Assembly: GCF_001194135.2 (NCBI RefSeq)
Contig: NC_068981.1
Span: forward strand, 19,957,180 to 20,021,179
DNA: 64,000 nt
Source of the DNA: Octopus bimaculoides
Taxonomy: Eukaryota
Direction: 5' to 3'
The notes under the pieces were generated by a model. It had not been told where the DNA came from. It saw only the letters and a list, made by a program, of their open reading frames with translations, and made no database searches. Position numbers and translations under genes: made by a program. Below are positions 24,666-39,009 of this stretch, piece after piece. Numbering within the stretch: position 1 is the stretch's first letter; each line of letters starts with the position of its first letter.

Positions 24666-25999
24666 CCATTTGCAAAACTTACATTATTATTATTGATTAA
24701 TTCGTATTATTGTCTAGCTTTATGATAAAATACAAATTGGAGGGAATGACACTTGTAATTATGATTCAAGTAACACATTTAAATGTTTGAATTTAGAATC
24801 CATCAAATTCGTGTCTACTTGCAATAAATAGTTGATAAATGTCTTTAATTTAAGGTAACAGCTTAAACTGTAAACAATATTTCTCCTTAAATTCTCTTTA
24901 ACACCAAACGTTGGTATTTTATTTAATATGTTAAGTATGACAGAGAAAGATTATTAAATTAAACATAACACAAATCACTTTTAAACCTGTTTGCTCCTGT
25001 GTCACCAATTCTATATCTCTCTACACACAGCTACCAGCTGTAATAAATTCCTTGGGCTCCCAACAGCTGTAAGGTTAATGAACCTAATAGTGTTCTTAGT
25101 TATTACGCTGAATTGTAATTTTTAGGTCAACTCCTATTTTCACTAACCTCAAATGTTGTTCTTGTATATCTCCCACCCCACTACATACCACCCATATTTA
25201 ACCATAAGATTACAACAGAAGATTTACTGAAGTTGGAATCTTTGTTGTAAAAGGGGTTATGAAACAAAAGTAGCGATACATATTCTTCAGCTTATCAAAA
25301 TAATTGTTTTACTTCCTACATATGTCTCTTGTTCACTATATGACATTAATAATCTTATGCTTACTTAATTATTAAATTATTAAAAGGTCTATTAAATAGC
25401 AGCTAATTATATTTGGGAAAATTAATTGTATTTGTGAAAATTAATTTTATATACTGGTTAGGGTTTGGAGGTCTCCATAATCAACATGTTCAGTAATTTT
25501 AAGCGATAAAACATTAAATAATTAAATAATACAAATAATCACTGCTGTAATATAATATTAGATCCTGCTGTGAAAGATTCAAAGAAGAAACATATTTGGG
25601 AAGCAGTTAACCAAATATAGTTGACTTTTGTTTGGAGACAATTAAAATTTGAAAGTAGATCTAACAGAAGGACTGCAAAATATTTCTGTCTTGCTTAATG
25701 TCCCCCTCCCCACCACCACCACCAACCTACTTACTGTAGATATAATAGGCATTCTTACTGGAAGCTGGAATGGGCGATAAAGAAAAAAGAAGGCATCTGA
25801 AATAAGCCAGAAGTTACTACTATTGGATAACTCATTTCATTTCCAGTGTAGCTTCATTCAATTTAAAGACAAAGTTAGAGCAGCCAACATTTTTGTTTCC
25901 TTCCCAAAGTTTTTGCCATTCCAGTCACACATGAATAAATTTTTCTTCTGTTTCATTGTATGACTTTAAATAGTGAAACATGGTCTGAGAGGTTTTAGA

Positions 26000-26420
26000 A
26001 TTAAAACTGAGTATAGTTTTTGGTAGATAATTTTATTAATTGTTGAGCTCCTTTTCTATTCAGGAATGAAATGTTTTCTGAATCTGAAGAGGAAGTCTAG
26101 CTTTTTAAGTCAGTATCAGAGATCATTCAAAGATTTTTAAGCTGAGTATCTGTAACATTTATACAGTTTTAGTTATGTATCATAAGTAATCTAAATCTTG
26201 TAAGTGTATTTTTGTGCTGTTGAATGGAAGTAGTTTTTTTCATATCTTGTTGAAGGATGTTTTCAATATTTGATTCAAGGAAGTGGTAAAAGTCTAGCAT
26301 GTGCATGATATCTGTGATGAAAGGTTGTCAAAGAGTGAGAGGTGGTATAATCTGAATAAGAGTGTGTTTAATTAGAAGTAATGATCAAGATCGTTAACAT
26401 TCAGAAGGGAGAATGTTTGA
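26000..26420 (-). mobile_element. possible highly decayed Penelope-like RT C-terminal fragment
   Basis: Short minus-strand motifs THSYSDYTTSH and KLLPFNS only. Confidence 0.25.
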
Positions 26421-27143
26421 GACATAGTTAAAGAGAGCGCAGTTAAACTATTAGTAAACATACAAAAGTTAAATTGAACTTCCACTATTTGCATTCAGTT
26501 ATAGTAATAAAGCATCAATATCTCATGGTAAAATAAATGTTTCTAATCTAGGTTTTCTGAAAAATAATAAAACAGGAAAATTTTCTTTTGGATTGTCTAC
26601 ATAAATACCTCTAGTTCTGTGATTCAAAGAATTGAAAGTCTGACTGAGCCAGAAGGAAATCATAGAGTGCAATTCTTATACACAGTAAGAACTGTATTGT
26701 AAATATATTCGCACAAACCCACACACATCAACATTGATATATACATTCATACATGTATGTTGAACAAATGTTTCAATAGAGATTTTTAGATTAAACTACA
26801 AAAAAGAAATAGATGTTTTTGTTTGATGCTTGGTGACAAAGTATAAAAGAAGCATGCACTACATACAGCCTGCCATGGCTTGCTGTGCAACATGCAATGA
26901 ATTTGAAAATAGTAATTATTTACAAAACAAATTAATGCTTAAACCATGAAGTGTACTGAAGGAAGGGAAGAAAATTCTATATATACGTTGAAGAATTGAA
27001 AAATCATCATAAAATTTTTCTCTCCATTCTATTCAGAATTTATTACTAACAATTAGAATTATCTTAAATGTTGGCGATGGGATGTATCTGAATGTGTGTT
27101 GTTGACTGTGAACCTTTTGTATATTATGTTCTTGTAGTTTCAG

Positions 27144-27185
27144 AGTTATCCTTCATTGAAATTCTTGGACTAAATTGGTTTAGGA
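27144..27185 (+). CDS. weak candidate exon (LSFIEILGLNWFR)
   Basis: ttcttgtagtttcag| acceptor, GGA|gtaatt donor, 42 nt, phase 1-1. Confidence 0.2.
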
Positions 27186-27338
27186 GTAATTTGATTTCTT
27201 AGTTTTGGGAGATCTTGTTTTGTATATTATACCATACATTGTTACTGTGTGGTTGTCCTTCATTGACATTCAAATTCCAATAAAGGTTATACTTGTTTCT
27301 GAGGAGTTTATAGTTTATGGGGGTTTTGTTATGTGTGT

Positions 27339-27341
<3 letters not shown>

Positions 27342-27418
<77 letters not shown>
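27342..27418. repeat. compound (CT)n(AT)n microsatellite
   Basis: Direct reading. Confidence 0.95.
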
Positions 27419-27425
<7 letters not shown>

Positions 27426-30400
27426 CCAGCAATATTTTCCCTTAAAATTAGGTGGCTCTTTTCACTTTCATTTTCCACTGGTTATGAAATAAAAACAATA
27501 TTAATTTGTTAATTAGGAAGCAGAATTTAAAGCTATAAGAAAATATGAGGCTGTGAGGTTCATACTTTCCTTAAAAACATTAACAATATAAAAGAAGCAA
27601 TATCAAACAGGACTTGAAACTGGAATATATAACAATAAAAATATTTAACATCAGTTTTGCCTTCTTTCCAGAAATATGATAAAATCCAACAGAAAAATTC
27701 AGTTATGTCACCTAATAAGTGTCACCTAGAAGTTTAGTTTTGAGGCAGTTTGTTTTTCCATATATTCTACCATCAAATGGGAATTTGAATTCTTGTAATT
27801 AGTAGAAAGCTACAGCAATTAGCATTTACATTCGCCCTGTTTCATGGTTGCCTTTTTAACTGACATTTCATTGAAACATTTCTTATGATGCTATCAGCAT
27901 GAATCTAATTGGCTGTGAATATTTTGCTTTTCTCTTCTTTTTTATTTGTCTGTTTGTTTGTTTGTTGTTTTGGGAGTTTTCTTTGTTTTATTTTTTCTAT
28001 CCTTATTCACCACACCCTGTGTGTATATTATTTGAAGACCACCGGTTGATAAGCTCATATTTTGTTGACTAGGTTTCCTTTGAAGTAACTAATTTATATT
28101 TTTCCAATAAATTACAACTTTATCAAGAAACAAGGAGATAAAATAGAAAATTTCCCAAACAAAGGTTTAAAAACTGATAAAAATAAATATTTGCTTGAAT
28201 GTTGACTTGCAAATTCTTAAAAGATTCCAACTTTGCATATAATTTTTTTTCAGCTAATTTTTTTCAGTCATTTTAATTAAGCAACATACCATTATTGTTT
28301 TTTTTTAACCTAGTCTTTTAGGCAATATAATCTCTATTATTAAACAGCTTTCTGTGCAACAGAATTGTCAGTCGTATTGTTTCTATAACATATAGAGCAA
28401 GGAATAAAAGACTCCAGATATTGATGTTTACAAGCAACAATACTTTGGTATAGTCATACACAGCTTTCTAATTGTTGTTTCATTCAGTCTTTCCTCTTTT
28501 CATTACATTTTCTTTAATCATTTTATCTCACTCTGGATTACAGTGGACTGAAGCCAAAGAAAGCTTGAAATATTTATTTAGATAATCCTTTCTAAGTCTG
28601 TCATGAACTCCGTTACATTCTACCAAGTAAACCAGCAAAGGAGCTACTATGTAGATGTTCAAACTACTAGAAATAACAACCAAATCTCTCATATTGTACC
28701 TTACTGCCTTTAAAAGGAAAAGAGTCACATGATAATTTAGTTATAGATACACTAAAACTGAACTTTTTTGTTGTATCTCATCACCCCTTAACATATTTAC
28801 TCTTGAGAACAAAACTAATGTACTCTCTACCTAGTCTGTCACTGCTATAATACATTATATCATGTTCTCCAGAATTTCCCCCTCTTAAACTTATACCCTG
28901 CAACCTGTTCTTCTTTATCTTATGAAATTCTTCACTGCAAAGATCATTTGTCATTCTTTTTCATGTGTACCTGTCATACTAGTATGTTAATTTCTGCATT
29001 AACTGTCTGAGTGCCATAGTCACTAAACTGAGAGTGGCTTCACAAATTATGCAAAGCTCTTCCTAACCCCACTCCCGCTAAATGACCAAAAATACAAGAA
29101 TCTGCTAGAATAACAGAAATAAAAGAATAATATTTTGAGATTCATAACACTAGAATTTTGTAAATATTGCTTATTCTGTTCCACCAAATACTACATTGTT
29201 AATAGAATTCATTTCATACATTCTTAATAGAATTTTCTTCCTGTTCATATTTTAACAAATTCAAATTTACTTAATGACACCTTGCTGCATATAATTTGAT
29301 GCTCTGTCCCCCTTTGCAAATATCAAATGTTTGATATTTCTCATAGATGACTATGCAAAACTCAATAAACTTCACCGAGAATTTTGACTATTTTTACATA
29401 AATAGAAAATTTCTTCATATTTGCATTGGTATATTGCTTATATTAACTTTAATCATTTCTATGAGAAAGATGTGAAAATACTGATAAATTCAAACCTATG
29501 AGCTATAGGCTTCATAATAAGTTTCTATGTGATGCAATTAACATAGTTTTCAACTAAAATTCTTTACATTCTAAGCTTTAGTATACACTGTATATAGATT
29601 ACAGAATTATAAAACACCCCAGAATTCCTACTGAGCTGATGTAATGGTGGATTTCATGTAGCATCAACTAAAAAGTTTATTTCCTTTCTCCCTCTTCCCT
29701 GCTGTAGCTCTGATGGAAATTGTTGCTTGACTTGTTAGGAGCTATAATGATAAACATCAATAAAAATTATGATTTAATTATCTTTTTCTATCATCTATTT
29801 CATAAATCTAACTTCATTTAACATGAGAGTATGTAAAGGGTTAAGGGTGTATAGGGAGACTTATTACTCAGAAAGGGGAACTAAAGCTTGAAGATATTTC
29901 ATGCTTATATTTTTTTGCTTTGTTTCTTTGCTTTTTGTTTTGTTTTTTTCATTTTTCCTGCTCTGTTTAGTGTCAAGTTTCATCTTTTGATGTTTAAATT
30001 TTCAACCCAAGAGAAATATCTGATTTATATAAAAAAAAAAATTAAAAAAAAGATGCAGGGTGGTGGGGAAAAATAACTGAAAGCTAGAAAACTAGAAACA
30101 ATTCTGAAATAAGCAAAGAGATGCAACAATTTGTGATATCTGAAAGATCACTTAAAATGTAAGCTTTTGATATGGAATTTTCCTATTCATAATGTTAAAA
30201 TGTAAATTGTACTATTTTTTAATCATCTGAGAATAACACTAAAATATTTGCTAAATTAGTATTTTAGAGAGTTTTACAATTTCTCATTTTCAGTTCCAGT
30301 TTATTTCTCAGAATTCTTATTTCTTTTGATTCCACTAATTACTGTCTAACCATTTTACAAGATTAGCTACTAAATATTCATCAAAAAAGCTAAATATTTC

Positions 30401-31189
30401 ACATACTAGTAACTTTGATGTCTGAAATCAGTCAGAGTAGTTTTATATTGAAGACCAATTCTCTGATCCATTTTATCCTCAACAGACCAGGCTCTCATCT
30501 ATAATTTATGTTTCTATTTACTTATTTAGCATTACTTTTTGAAAACAAGCCCAAAGTCAGGTGTACTAGTTAAGCATTAGTTCTTGCTACAAGGTTAAAA
30601 ATCACAACAGTCTCATTGAAGTTGAGTCTAACATTGCTGTCTGACTGTTTCAAGAGAATAAAGCAAATGAAGAAAAGGAAGAAAAGAAAACATTCCCAAA
30701 GTCTATGATCAAATAACAGACTAGTTTTTGTGAGTTTGTTTAATATATTGAATATTGTATGTAGTATTACAACTTCTTTCTCTTCTGACTGACAATGAGA
30801 AGCTTACATCGGACTTTCTTGATTAAGAAAAATAGCTGTAAACTATTTGGAAATAGTTGTAGATAGTCATGTATTGCAACAGCAATGTCTACTGACAGAA
30901 CTAGTTATTTATTAGCACTACACTAACTAGCTAGAAAATAATATCTAATCCTTTGAATTGGGGTAGATAGACAAGTAGATTGATAAATAAAGTAGGTGTA
31001 TAGTTGGATAGGTGGGTAGATAAATAAGGGTTTCAATTTGTACATTAAGGTTCTTTGAATATATATAATGTATTTTAAGGTTAAATAGTAATTCCGTTTA
31101 CATTTGTGTAACTGAGATATTTTGGTGTTACATTACTTTCTGTATGCTGTAACTATCACAATATACTTTTCTAGGGCTAATTTTTTTTG

Positions 31190-31315
31190 TGGGGAGGGGG
31201 CCAGTTGATTAGATCAACCCCAGTACACAACTGATACTTAATTTATCGATCCCGAAAAGATGAAAGACAAAATCAATCTCAACAGAATTTGAACTCAGAA
31301 TGTAAAGACAGACGG
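31190..31315 (-). mobile_element. SINE fragment (same central block as 6640, 8146 and 34852)
   Basis: acttaatttatcgatcccgaaaagatgaaag..gaatttgaactcagaatgtaaagac. Confidence 0.8.
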
Positions 31316-31589
31316 TCATAATATACAAACATTTCTCATGGCACCAGTACACTGTTTACAGGTGCTTACATTTTTAATGTTTTCTGTGAATTTTTAACAG
31401 GTCCAGCTAGTATATATAATAACAATAATACCAGGATAGAATTTATAAATATTTAATACATCACTACATACATTTCCACAGATCAGATGATTTTGACATT
31501 AAACGGTAGCTAGAATAATGAAGTAGGAGCTTTATTTGAATATCCATAATGTTACCTAAACGAATTTAAAAGATAAGGATTGTTTCAAT

Positions 31590-31800
31590 TTCCATCTACC
31601 ACATCCACTCAGAAGACTTTGGTCAGCCTGTGTCTATAGTAGAAGACACTTGCTCAAGGTAGAGCATGCAGTGAGACTGGATCCCACACCACCTAGTAGG
31701 GAAGGGAACTACTTAACCAATCAGCCATACCAATTCTGTTTACATTGCTTGAAACATCATCATCATCATTGTTTAACGTAGGCCTTCCATGCTGGCATAG
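31590..31800 (-). mobile_element. SINE 5' part plus an adjacent (GAT)n-tail fragment
   Basis: tatagtagaagacacttgctcaagg block; catcatcattgtttaacgtaggccttccatgc. Confidence 0.7.
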
Positions 31801-32729
31801 AAATAGTTGCTGATATAAAACTGAACTTAAGAAGCAGACTTGACATACAATCAGTAACAAGAAGGAAAGGATGGGTTGCTTCATATAAAATACAAATTCT
31901 GAAGTATTTTGGCAATGTTTATTTTTCACCACTGAAAGCTTACAAACAAACTGGGCAGTGTAGACGTTGATAATTCACAATTTCTGAACTATACTTAATC
32001 ACACACTCATGCATCCACACACACACACACACACAACTGCATATTTCATCATCTTTTTCTCCGATATCAGTCATCTTTCTCACTAACCAGAACAATTTCA
32101 CTTGATATCCACCCTTCGTTTTTAAAACTGTCCATCTCCACCTACATTTTATGTTGTTCACCCTTCTCTGCCACCAAATTATCTCTCCTTCTCCACCACC
32201 ACACATCTCTAATTCTTTCCATAAATTTTTGCAGCCTTTACCTCCAACACTCCCGGTTCTTCTGTCTCTACTCCCTTCTACTCATCTGGTATCTTGAGCT
32301 TTAACCCTGACACTTCATCACCTATTTTATCTCTCTTTCCAGCTCCACCCCAGTTATTCGCACTCTCTCTTGAATAATGTGAATAACCATGTAGCTCCTC
32401 TACAGCAAGTCCATTGGCACCTTCTTACAAACTTTAATCTCTCATCTTCCAGCATAAAATCACGTCCTTCTCTATCCTTGCCCCATTCTGTTGAAGAGGA
32501 GTCTTGTGAGCTGCATGGTGACCTCACTAGTACCAGTGTCATGTTCTCATTACTTAGCAGTTCAACAAAAGAGACGGATTGTAGAAGTGTGAGACTTAAA
32601 AAAAAAACATAAAATAATTACCGGAGTCAATTTATTCGACTGTGCCTTTCAAGACAGTGCCCCTAGCATGGCCACATTCCAATGACCGAAACAAGTAAAG
32701 ATAGAAGGTAATAATATCTTTATAAATCT

Positions 32730-32870
32730 TTTGACAGAAATAGCAACCAAATCTCCCTCAAATCACAAATTGTCTTAAAACAAAGTCATGTTGCATAAGG
32801 CGATTGTGGATTCCAAGCACATGAGAAAAAGACAGGATGGTCATGGCTGGAAGGCCTTTAATCATAGGTC
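32730..32870. repeat. dispersed unclassified repeat family (also near 2700-2830, 21460-21530, 23460-23515, 37180-37310, 61500-61670)
   Basis: Shared motifs AGAAATAGCAACCAAATCTCCCTCAAATCAC and GGATGGTCATGGCTGGAA(T/G)GC in both orientations. Confidence 0.6.
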
Positions 32871-34779
32871 CGCATTCATTCCCTTTATCTCTTTTCTCTT
32901 TCATCTTCTCTCACACTGTCTCTTTATTTTTTTTTTTTCACCACTCATTCATTCTCTCTTCTTTGTTCTTCAGTTGTTTTCACATTTTCTTTCTCTTTCA
33001 CTTTCCCTTCTCTGGTTCTCTTACACTCTCTCTCTCCCTCTCCCTCCCCCATTCCCCATTCTTCCTTCTCTGTCTCTGTCTCTTCCTTATTCCTCTCCTC
33101 TCCATTCTTTTACCACCATATTATCCTCTTCCTTCCACATAACAATGTTAAAAACAAACCAACAATGTTTGGTGTATGGTGTTGTTGTTGTCATTCAGTG
33201 CATCATCATCATTTACCTGAATGAAACAAAACAACAGTTGACTCTCTCAGAAGCTGATAAAAAAAGATATTGAAATGTTGGATTTCCTTTATAAACTACT
33301 GAAAACCATACAATAGTGAAATGTATGCATTTTGTGTGTATGTTTATGTGAAATTGTGTATGTGAGTGAATGAATGTATGTCTCTATATGGTTCTTGTGA
33401 ATATATGTGTATTTGCATGCGTTTGAGTGTATATGTATTTGTATGTGTGAATGTGCCTGTGTCTCTGGTAGTGTGTGTTTATGTATGCATGCAGAAGTGT
33501 GTGTGTGTGTGTGTGTGTGAATGTACCTGCGTATCTTTGTGCGTCTATCAGTATGTGAGCATATTGGTAGTGAGTGTATGAGAGAGTCCTTGTATAAATG
33601 CCTGTGTGTCTATGTAAATGCATGTAGCATGTGCGTGTGTGAATGTATTTATGTATACTGGTGGATGTGTGTCTGGGTGTGCTGTTGGTGTCTTTTCAGA
33701 TTTTGCTGGTGTTAATATAAAGAGATGTTCCACCTCCAGTTATCTTTACTCATCACTAGTAATGTAATAGCAGCCAAATACCTCCTGTCTTGAGAGTTTA
33801 TGAAAGCTATATGTACAAACCTTTTTCTCTAGACCACACCATTATACCAGAAAAAGAAAAAAAACATCTGGAACAGTGTTGCTGCCCTACACCATTCAAA
33901 ACACAGTTGAAAGAGAGCAATCTGGTTGATGGGTAAAAACTCACTAACCAACACACATCTAACTAATGGATATGCTGAGTCCTCTCTCCCTCCCTCTCTC
34001 TCTCTCCCTCCCTCTCTCTCTCTCCCTCTCTCTCCCTCTCTCCCCCTCTCAGTCCTCTCCTCCTCTCTCTCTCTCTCTGCTATGACAGTGGCTTGTATTC
34101 CTCTGTGCTATCTAATTATATACCACCCCTATCCATGTCCACATGTCACACCTGTATCTCACCACTTAGTTTTGTTCTAACCACTTTACCCAATCCTTCC
34201 ATCCAAGAAATTTAACCATCTGAAATTCCTTCCTTGTTCACTTTTTACCAGCAGATACTGGTCTATAAATGTTTAAATTAAACATTTACCACATCAATAC
34301 CATTAGTCTGGGAGAAGCTAACCTGTAATGGTCCTTATCACAGTTCCCTCCAGCTGAGTGAAGCAATAAAAACAAAAAGATACAAATGAACTAAATCAAA
34401 CCATTTAAAGAATTCTTGCTGCAGAATTTGAAGAAAATAAAACCTAAAATATTGTTAATTAAGTGTAATATAGTTTAGTTTGTATTAATTTTGTAAAATT
34501 TTTCTAAATATATGTTGTTAATTAAATGTTAGTACACTTGCTCTACTTACTTTATAGAATTTATGGATTAACTCTGACTGAAGCAACGTTTCACACTGAA
34601 ATTTTGTTGAGTTAACATAAAAATGACATGCTTTCTAGTATTTGTAATGTGTTACAATTCATCAGCATAGACATATATTTGCATATCTCAAATATAGTGG
34701 CATATCTATCCATCTCTATTACACAGACATATCTTTCTATATATTCCTACTACACAAAATACATATACATACTGTCATC

Positions 34780-35280
34780 ATTATCACCATTTAACATCCG
34801 TTTTCCATGCTAGCATGGGTTGGATGGCTTCACAGGAACTGGCATGCCAGAAAGGTGGCAAGCTGTCAGAATTGTTAGCACGCCGGGTGAAATGCTTAGC
34901 GGTATTTCGTTTGTCTTTACGTTCTGAGTTCAAATTCCGCCGAGGTCGACTTTGCCTTTCATCTTTACGGGGTCGATAAATTAAGTACCAGTTACGCACT
35001 GGAGTCGATGTAATTGATTTAATCCCTTTGTCTCTCCTTGTTTGTCCCCTCTATGTTTAGCCCCTTGTGGGCAATAAAGAAATAAGAAACTGGCATGCCA
35101 GAGCACTGCACTATCTCCAATGTCTGTTTTGGCATGGTTTTTACAGCTGGATACCCTTTCTGATCCCAACCACTTTACAGAGTGGACTTGGTGCTTTTGA
35201 CATAGCACCAGCACTGGTAAGGTTGGTTTCGGCATGATTTTATGGCTGGATGGCTTTCCTAATGCCAACCACTTGCATGA
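34780..35280 (-). mobile_element. older (GAT)n-tailed element hosting a young SINE
   Basis: ccatttaacatccgttttccatgctagcatgggttgg tail on the left; the TTTTACAGCTGGAT..CAACCACTT block occurs twice on the right. Confidence 0.75.
34852..35087 (+). mobile_element. young full-length SINE with 15-bp target-site duplication
   Basis: TSD AACTGGCATGCCAGA at 34837-34851 and 35088-35102; A-box-like AGAATTGTTAG, B-box GAGTTCAAATTCC, CpGs retained. Confidence 0.95.
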
Positions 35281-35527
35281 GTAGGGAGTTCATGTGAATG
35301 TAAAGAAGGAGGAAGGGGGAGAATGTAGTGACTGTGAAGCCTGGGTATATAGAGGTGTGGGGATAGCAATGATACAGTGGGCAGGGCAACAAGGACAGGA
35401 TTGAGCTAAAGGAATGGAGAGAGAGAGGTAAGTATAGTGCATAAAAATAGAGGAAATGTGAGGAAGAGGAAAAAGTGAGATGTAGTTTAGTTTCTTGGGG
35501 TATGGTGTGAAAAATTTATATATATAT

Positions 35528-35862
35528 NNNNNNNNNNNNNNNNNNNNNNNNNNNNNNNNNNNNNNNNNNNNNNNNNNNNNNNNNNNNNNNNNNNNNNNNN
35601 NNNNNNNNNNNNNNNNNNNNNNNNNNNNNNNNNNNNNNNNNNNNNNNNNNNNNNNNNNNNNNNNNNNNNNNNNNNNNNNNNNNNNNNNNNNNNNNNNNNN
35701 NNNNNNNNNNNNNNNNNNNNNNNNNNNNNNNNNNNNNNNNNNNNNNNNNNNNNNNNNNNNNNNNNNNNNNNNNNNNNNNNNNNNNNNNNNNNNNNNNNNN
35801 NNNNNNNNNNNNNNNNNNNNNNNNNNNNNNNNNNNNNNNNNNNNNNNNNNNNNNNNNNNNNN
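35528..35862. other. assembly gap (N) after (TA)n
   Basis: 335 N. Confidence 1.
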
Positions 35863-35958
35863 CTTGGGAATAGAAATTTCCCTAATGAATTTTTTTACAC
35901 ACTGGCTTCTTGATAAAATTCTTGTAAAAGAGTTTTATCCTTTTTTGAATTTATTTAT

Positions 35959-36038
<80 letters not shown>

Positions 36039-36039
36039 T

Positions 36040-36530
36040 AAGAATAGAAGACTGCAGGAATGAGGCTAGTATGCTCTGCTGGATGTGTACATGTTTGACA
36101 GAGTGCTAGTTGTTTTGAGAGAAAAGTTAGGTGTAAGAGGAATTAACTGCTGTGTGCAAGAGAGAACACTGTGCTGGTTTGGTCATGTGATGTGGATGCC
36201 AACAGCTGTATAAAGAAGTGCCAATCTCTCAAAGTAGATGGAACATGTGGAAGTAGAAGACACAGGATAAAGTACTGAAGAACAACATCAGGACACTGAA
36301 CCTTTCAGGTGGGATGACAAAGGACCAAGATGCCTGGCACCTTGTTGTACTCAAGAAGATTTGTACTCCACAGCAGAAGTGTTAAGACTGGTCCCTCTGG
36401 TGGTCTAAATCATGCCAAATCAGACTGGAGTCTGGTGCAGCTCCTCAGCTTACCCACTCTGGTCAGACTGTCAGACTCATGCCAGCATGAGCAACAGACA
36501 TTAAATGATGATGATGATGATGGTGATGAT
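36040..36530 (+). mobile_element. RTE-clade LINE 3' end with (GAT)n tail
   Basis: RNEASMLCWMC, EKLGVRGI..CVQERTLCWFGHVM, CIKKCQSLKVDG; 3' UTR ends catgccagcatg..gacattaaatgatgatgat. Confidence 0.8.
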
Positions 36531-36634
36531 CTATATATCTCTATTACATATGTATATATGTATCAAGACATCTCACTAATGCAGACAGATATTTATCAAC
36601 ATATCTCTGCCACATAGGCATATATCTGTCAACA

Positions 36635-36670
<36 letters not shown>

Positions 36671-36819
36671 AACGAATCTGTACTATATCCATATCTACTA
36701 CATATCTCTAATACATAGACAACTATCTGTCTCTAGCCTAGAGACTCATTAAACTGGAGCTTATGTTAGTTTTCATATTATTTGAGTGAAAGAGTGAAAA
36801 TACATTTAACTGAAAATAC

Positions 36820-37030
36820 AAGACCCACTCCTGAAGGGACACCGAGCCATTATAGGGTTAAACCCCACTTCCCAGCTGCCATTTGACTCATTTTACCAAA
36901 GTGGACTTGAAGCAGTGTGAGACAAAATGCAATGAAGTACAATGCGTCGTCACCCGGTCCAAGGGTCAAACTCATAACCAAATAATTATGATCCCAATAC
37001 AAAGCAATCAACTTCACACCTTTGCACGTA
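36820..37030 (-). mobile_element. degenerate SINE of a further family
   Basis: Minus strand has a GAGTTTGACCC B-box-like motif followed by ctcacactgcttcaagtccactttggtaaaatgag. Confidence 0.5.
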
Positions 37031-37092
37031 GGCATGTATTACCAATGTAAATCTTTACTTCATAGATATATACCTTTTAACATATCTCTCAT

Positions 37093-37125
<33 letters not shown>

Positions 37126-37135
37126 NNNNNNNNNN
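37126..37135. other. assembly gap (N) after (TA)n
   Basis: 10 N. Confidence 1.
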
Positions 37136-39009
37136 ACATCTGTACCACATGAGCCAACAACAGAGTTTCTAGATTATTCAACCAGGTAGAGATAGTAACT
37201 AAACCTCTAAAATCATCTCCTACCATCTTAGGAAAGGTCATGGCTGGAATGCTTTTATCATAGGTTTTTTTTTTTGAGAAGTGTTGACCTGGGATTAAGC
37301 AACAACATATATCTCTCTCAACGTCTGTTTCTACTCTGTCACTTTAAATATGAGAAACTCCAAAGAAAAAGAAAAGAATAACTAAATAAAAAAAAATACA
37401 ATGTTTATAAAATAAAAATAATTAGATTTTCTTTAAATTACTGTTTAAAATCTGTTATTGTTTAGTTAAGTATGTTAAAAAAAAAAACTGATAAATTGAT
37501 AAATATAATAAGATTAGCTGAAGAAACAAATCTTTTGTATGTGCACTGGATTCCATTTTTTCACAGGAAATATTCCAGTGTTTCCATCATCATCATTATC
37601 ATCATCATCGTCATCATTTTAATGTATTCTTTTTTACCTTTTAAAATTCCTCATTGCACCACTGCTGCTTTCTTCTGACTGCAGTAGCATTATTGTTTGG
37701 TGCAGAGACAGACCCAAACAATTTTCATTTTCTTTTTATTCTACTGCATTATGCTGCTCCTATTTTAGGAATCTGATGCACCATTTTCAAATGAGTAGAT
37801 TATCCCTGAAAGGAAATTGCCACATCTATTCCTTATTTTTCTTATTATTTATTGCCATTTTTTTAAGCTCACATCTCTAATCGGGAGGGAAAAAATTGCT
37901 TTTGAATTAAATTAACAATAAAACGACAACAATATATGTTCAATAAATAAACAAGGAAAAATAATTTCCTTTCACTAGTTTTATATTTATTTTGACTGTG
38001 GTAAATGACAACATTTCTGCAAATTACTGCAATCAAGAAATATTCAGAATGCTAGTTTTGTTTATTTACAATTGTTTTGCTAATGTCAGCTCGTTAATGC
38101 ACACACTACAGTTGTCGCTAGAAAATCTCTCAGAAGCCATGATTTACTACCACAAGAATATTTTCTTTTTATTTTCTTACATTCTTTTAATCTGCCTTTG
38201 AACAAGCTTTGCTCATGTTTCTGTTGCATCTACCAGAGAATGGTCCAGAATCATTAAGTCTTTGCCTGTATGCAGCAAATCAAAGCAGTTAATCTCCAAA
38301 TTAAAAACATCTGTAGGTTACAAGTCAGGAAGGAAATATATGCAAGAAATTTTTATATTTATTTTTTATATTTTGAGATGATTGCAATGCCAAGAAGTGA
38401 CAAGGAATTCTAGGGTTCTCTTGTAGTAAAATGTCAACAGCATCTCACTAAGATTGATAACTACAACTTTCAATGTACAATTGTTTTTATTATAACTTGA
38501 AATAAAAACAACAAATATAAAGATATAATGCTTTTTGTTTAAATCATGGTATCTGGAATGGAATGAAATGTCTCATGTCCTCTGTGAAGATCTCTCAGAC
38601 CACAAAGCTGATAGGATAGTTAGAACTGACATGGTTAAGCACAGAAATTGTTTTAATATAGCAAAAAGCTCCACAGTGTAGTAACACTAAGAGTGAAGAA
38701 TTTTTTAATGTAGCATAAATTGACACAATTGGTTGAAAGCTAGACTTTGTAATGTCTGGTTTGTAATTCCTGTTCTGTCGTAATCACCATCATCAATTTA
38801 ATTTCCACTTTTTCATGTTTACATGGTTAAGACAGAATTCCTTAGGACAAAGTTTCTTTGACTGGATGCTCTTCCTGTTTCCAACTTTCACATGTTTCAA
38901 CAAATGTTTGAAAACAAAGGACACTGCTTATTTTACAACTATCATAAGATGTCAAGACAAGGAAACACAAACACATGTATGCACACATACACATTCACAT
39001 ACAAGATGG

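Noticed and set aside
25720-30890. Minus-strand exon candidates (about 25725-25786, 28530-28712, 30590-30645, 30805-30885)
   Set aside because: Phases do not chain consistently and the peptides are not recognisable; such sites are expected by chance.
31482-31505. 24-nt symmetric microexon candidate on +
   Set aside because: It is too short to distinguish from chance without RNA data.
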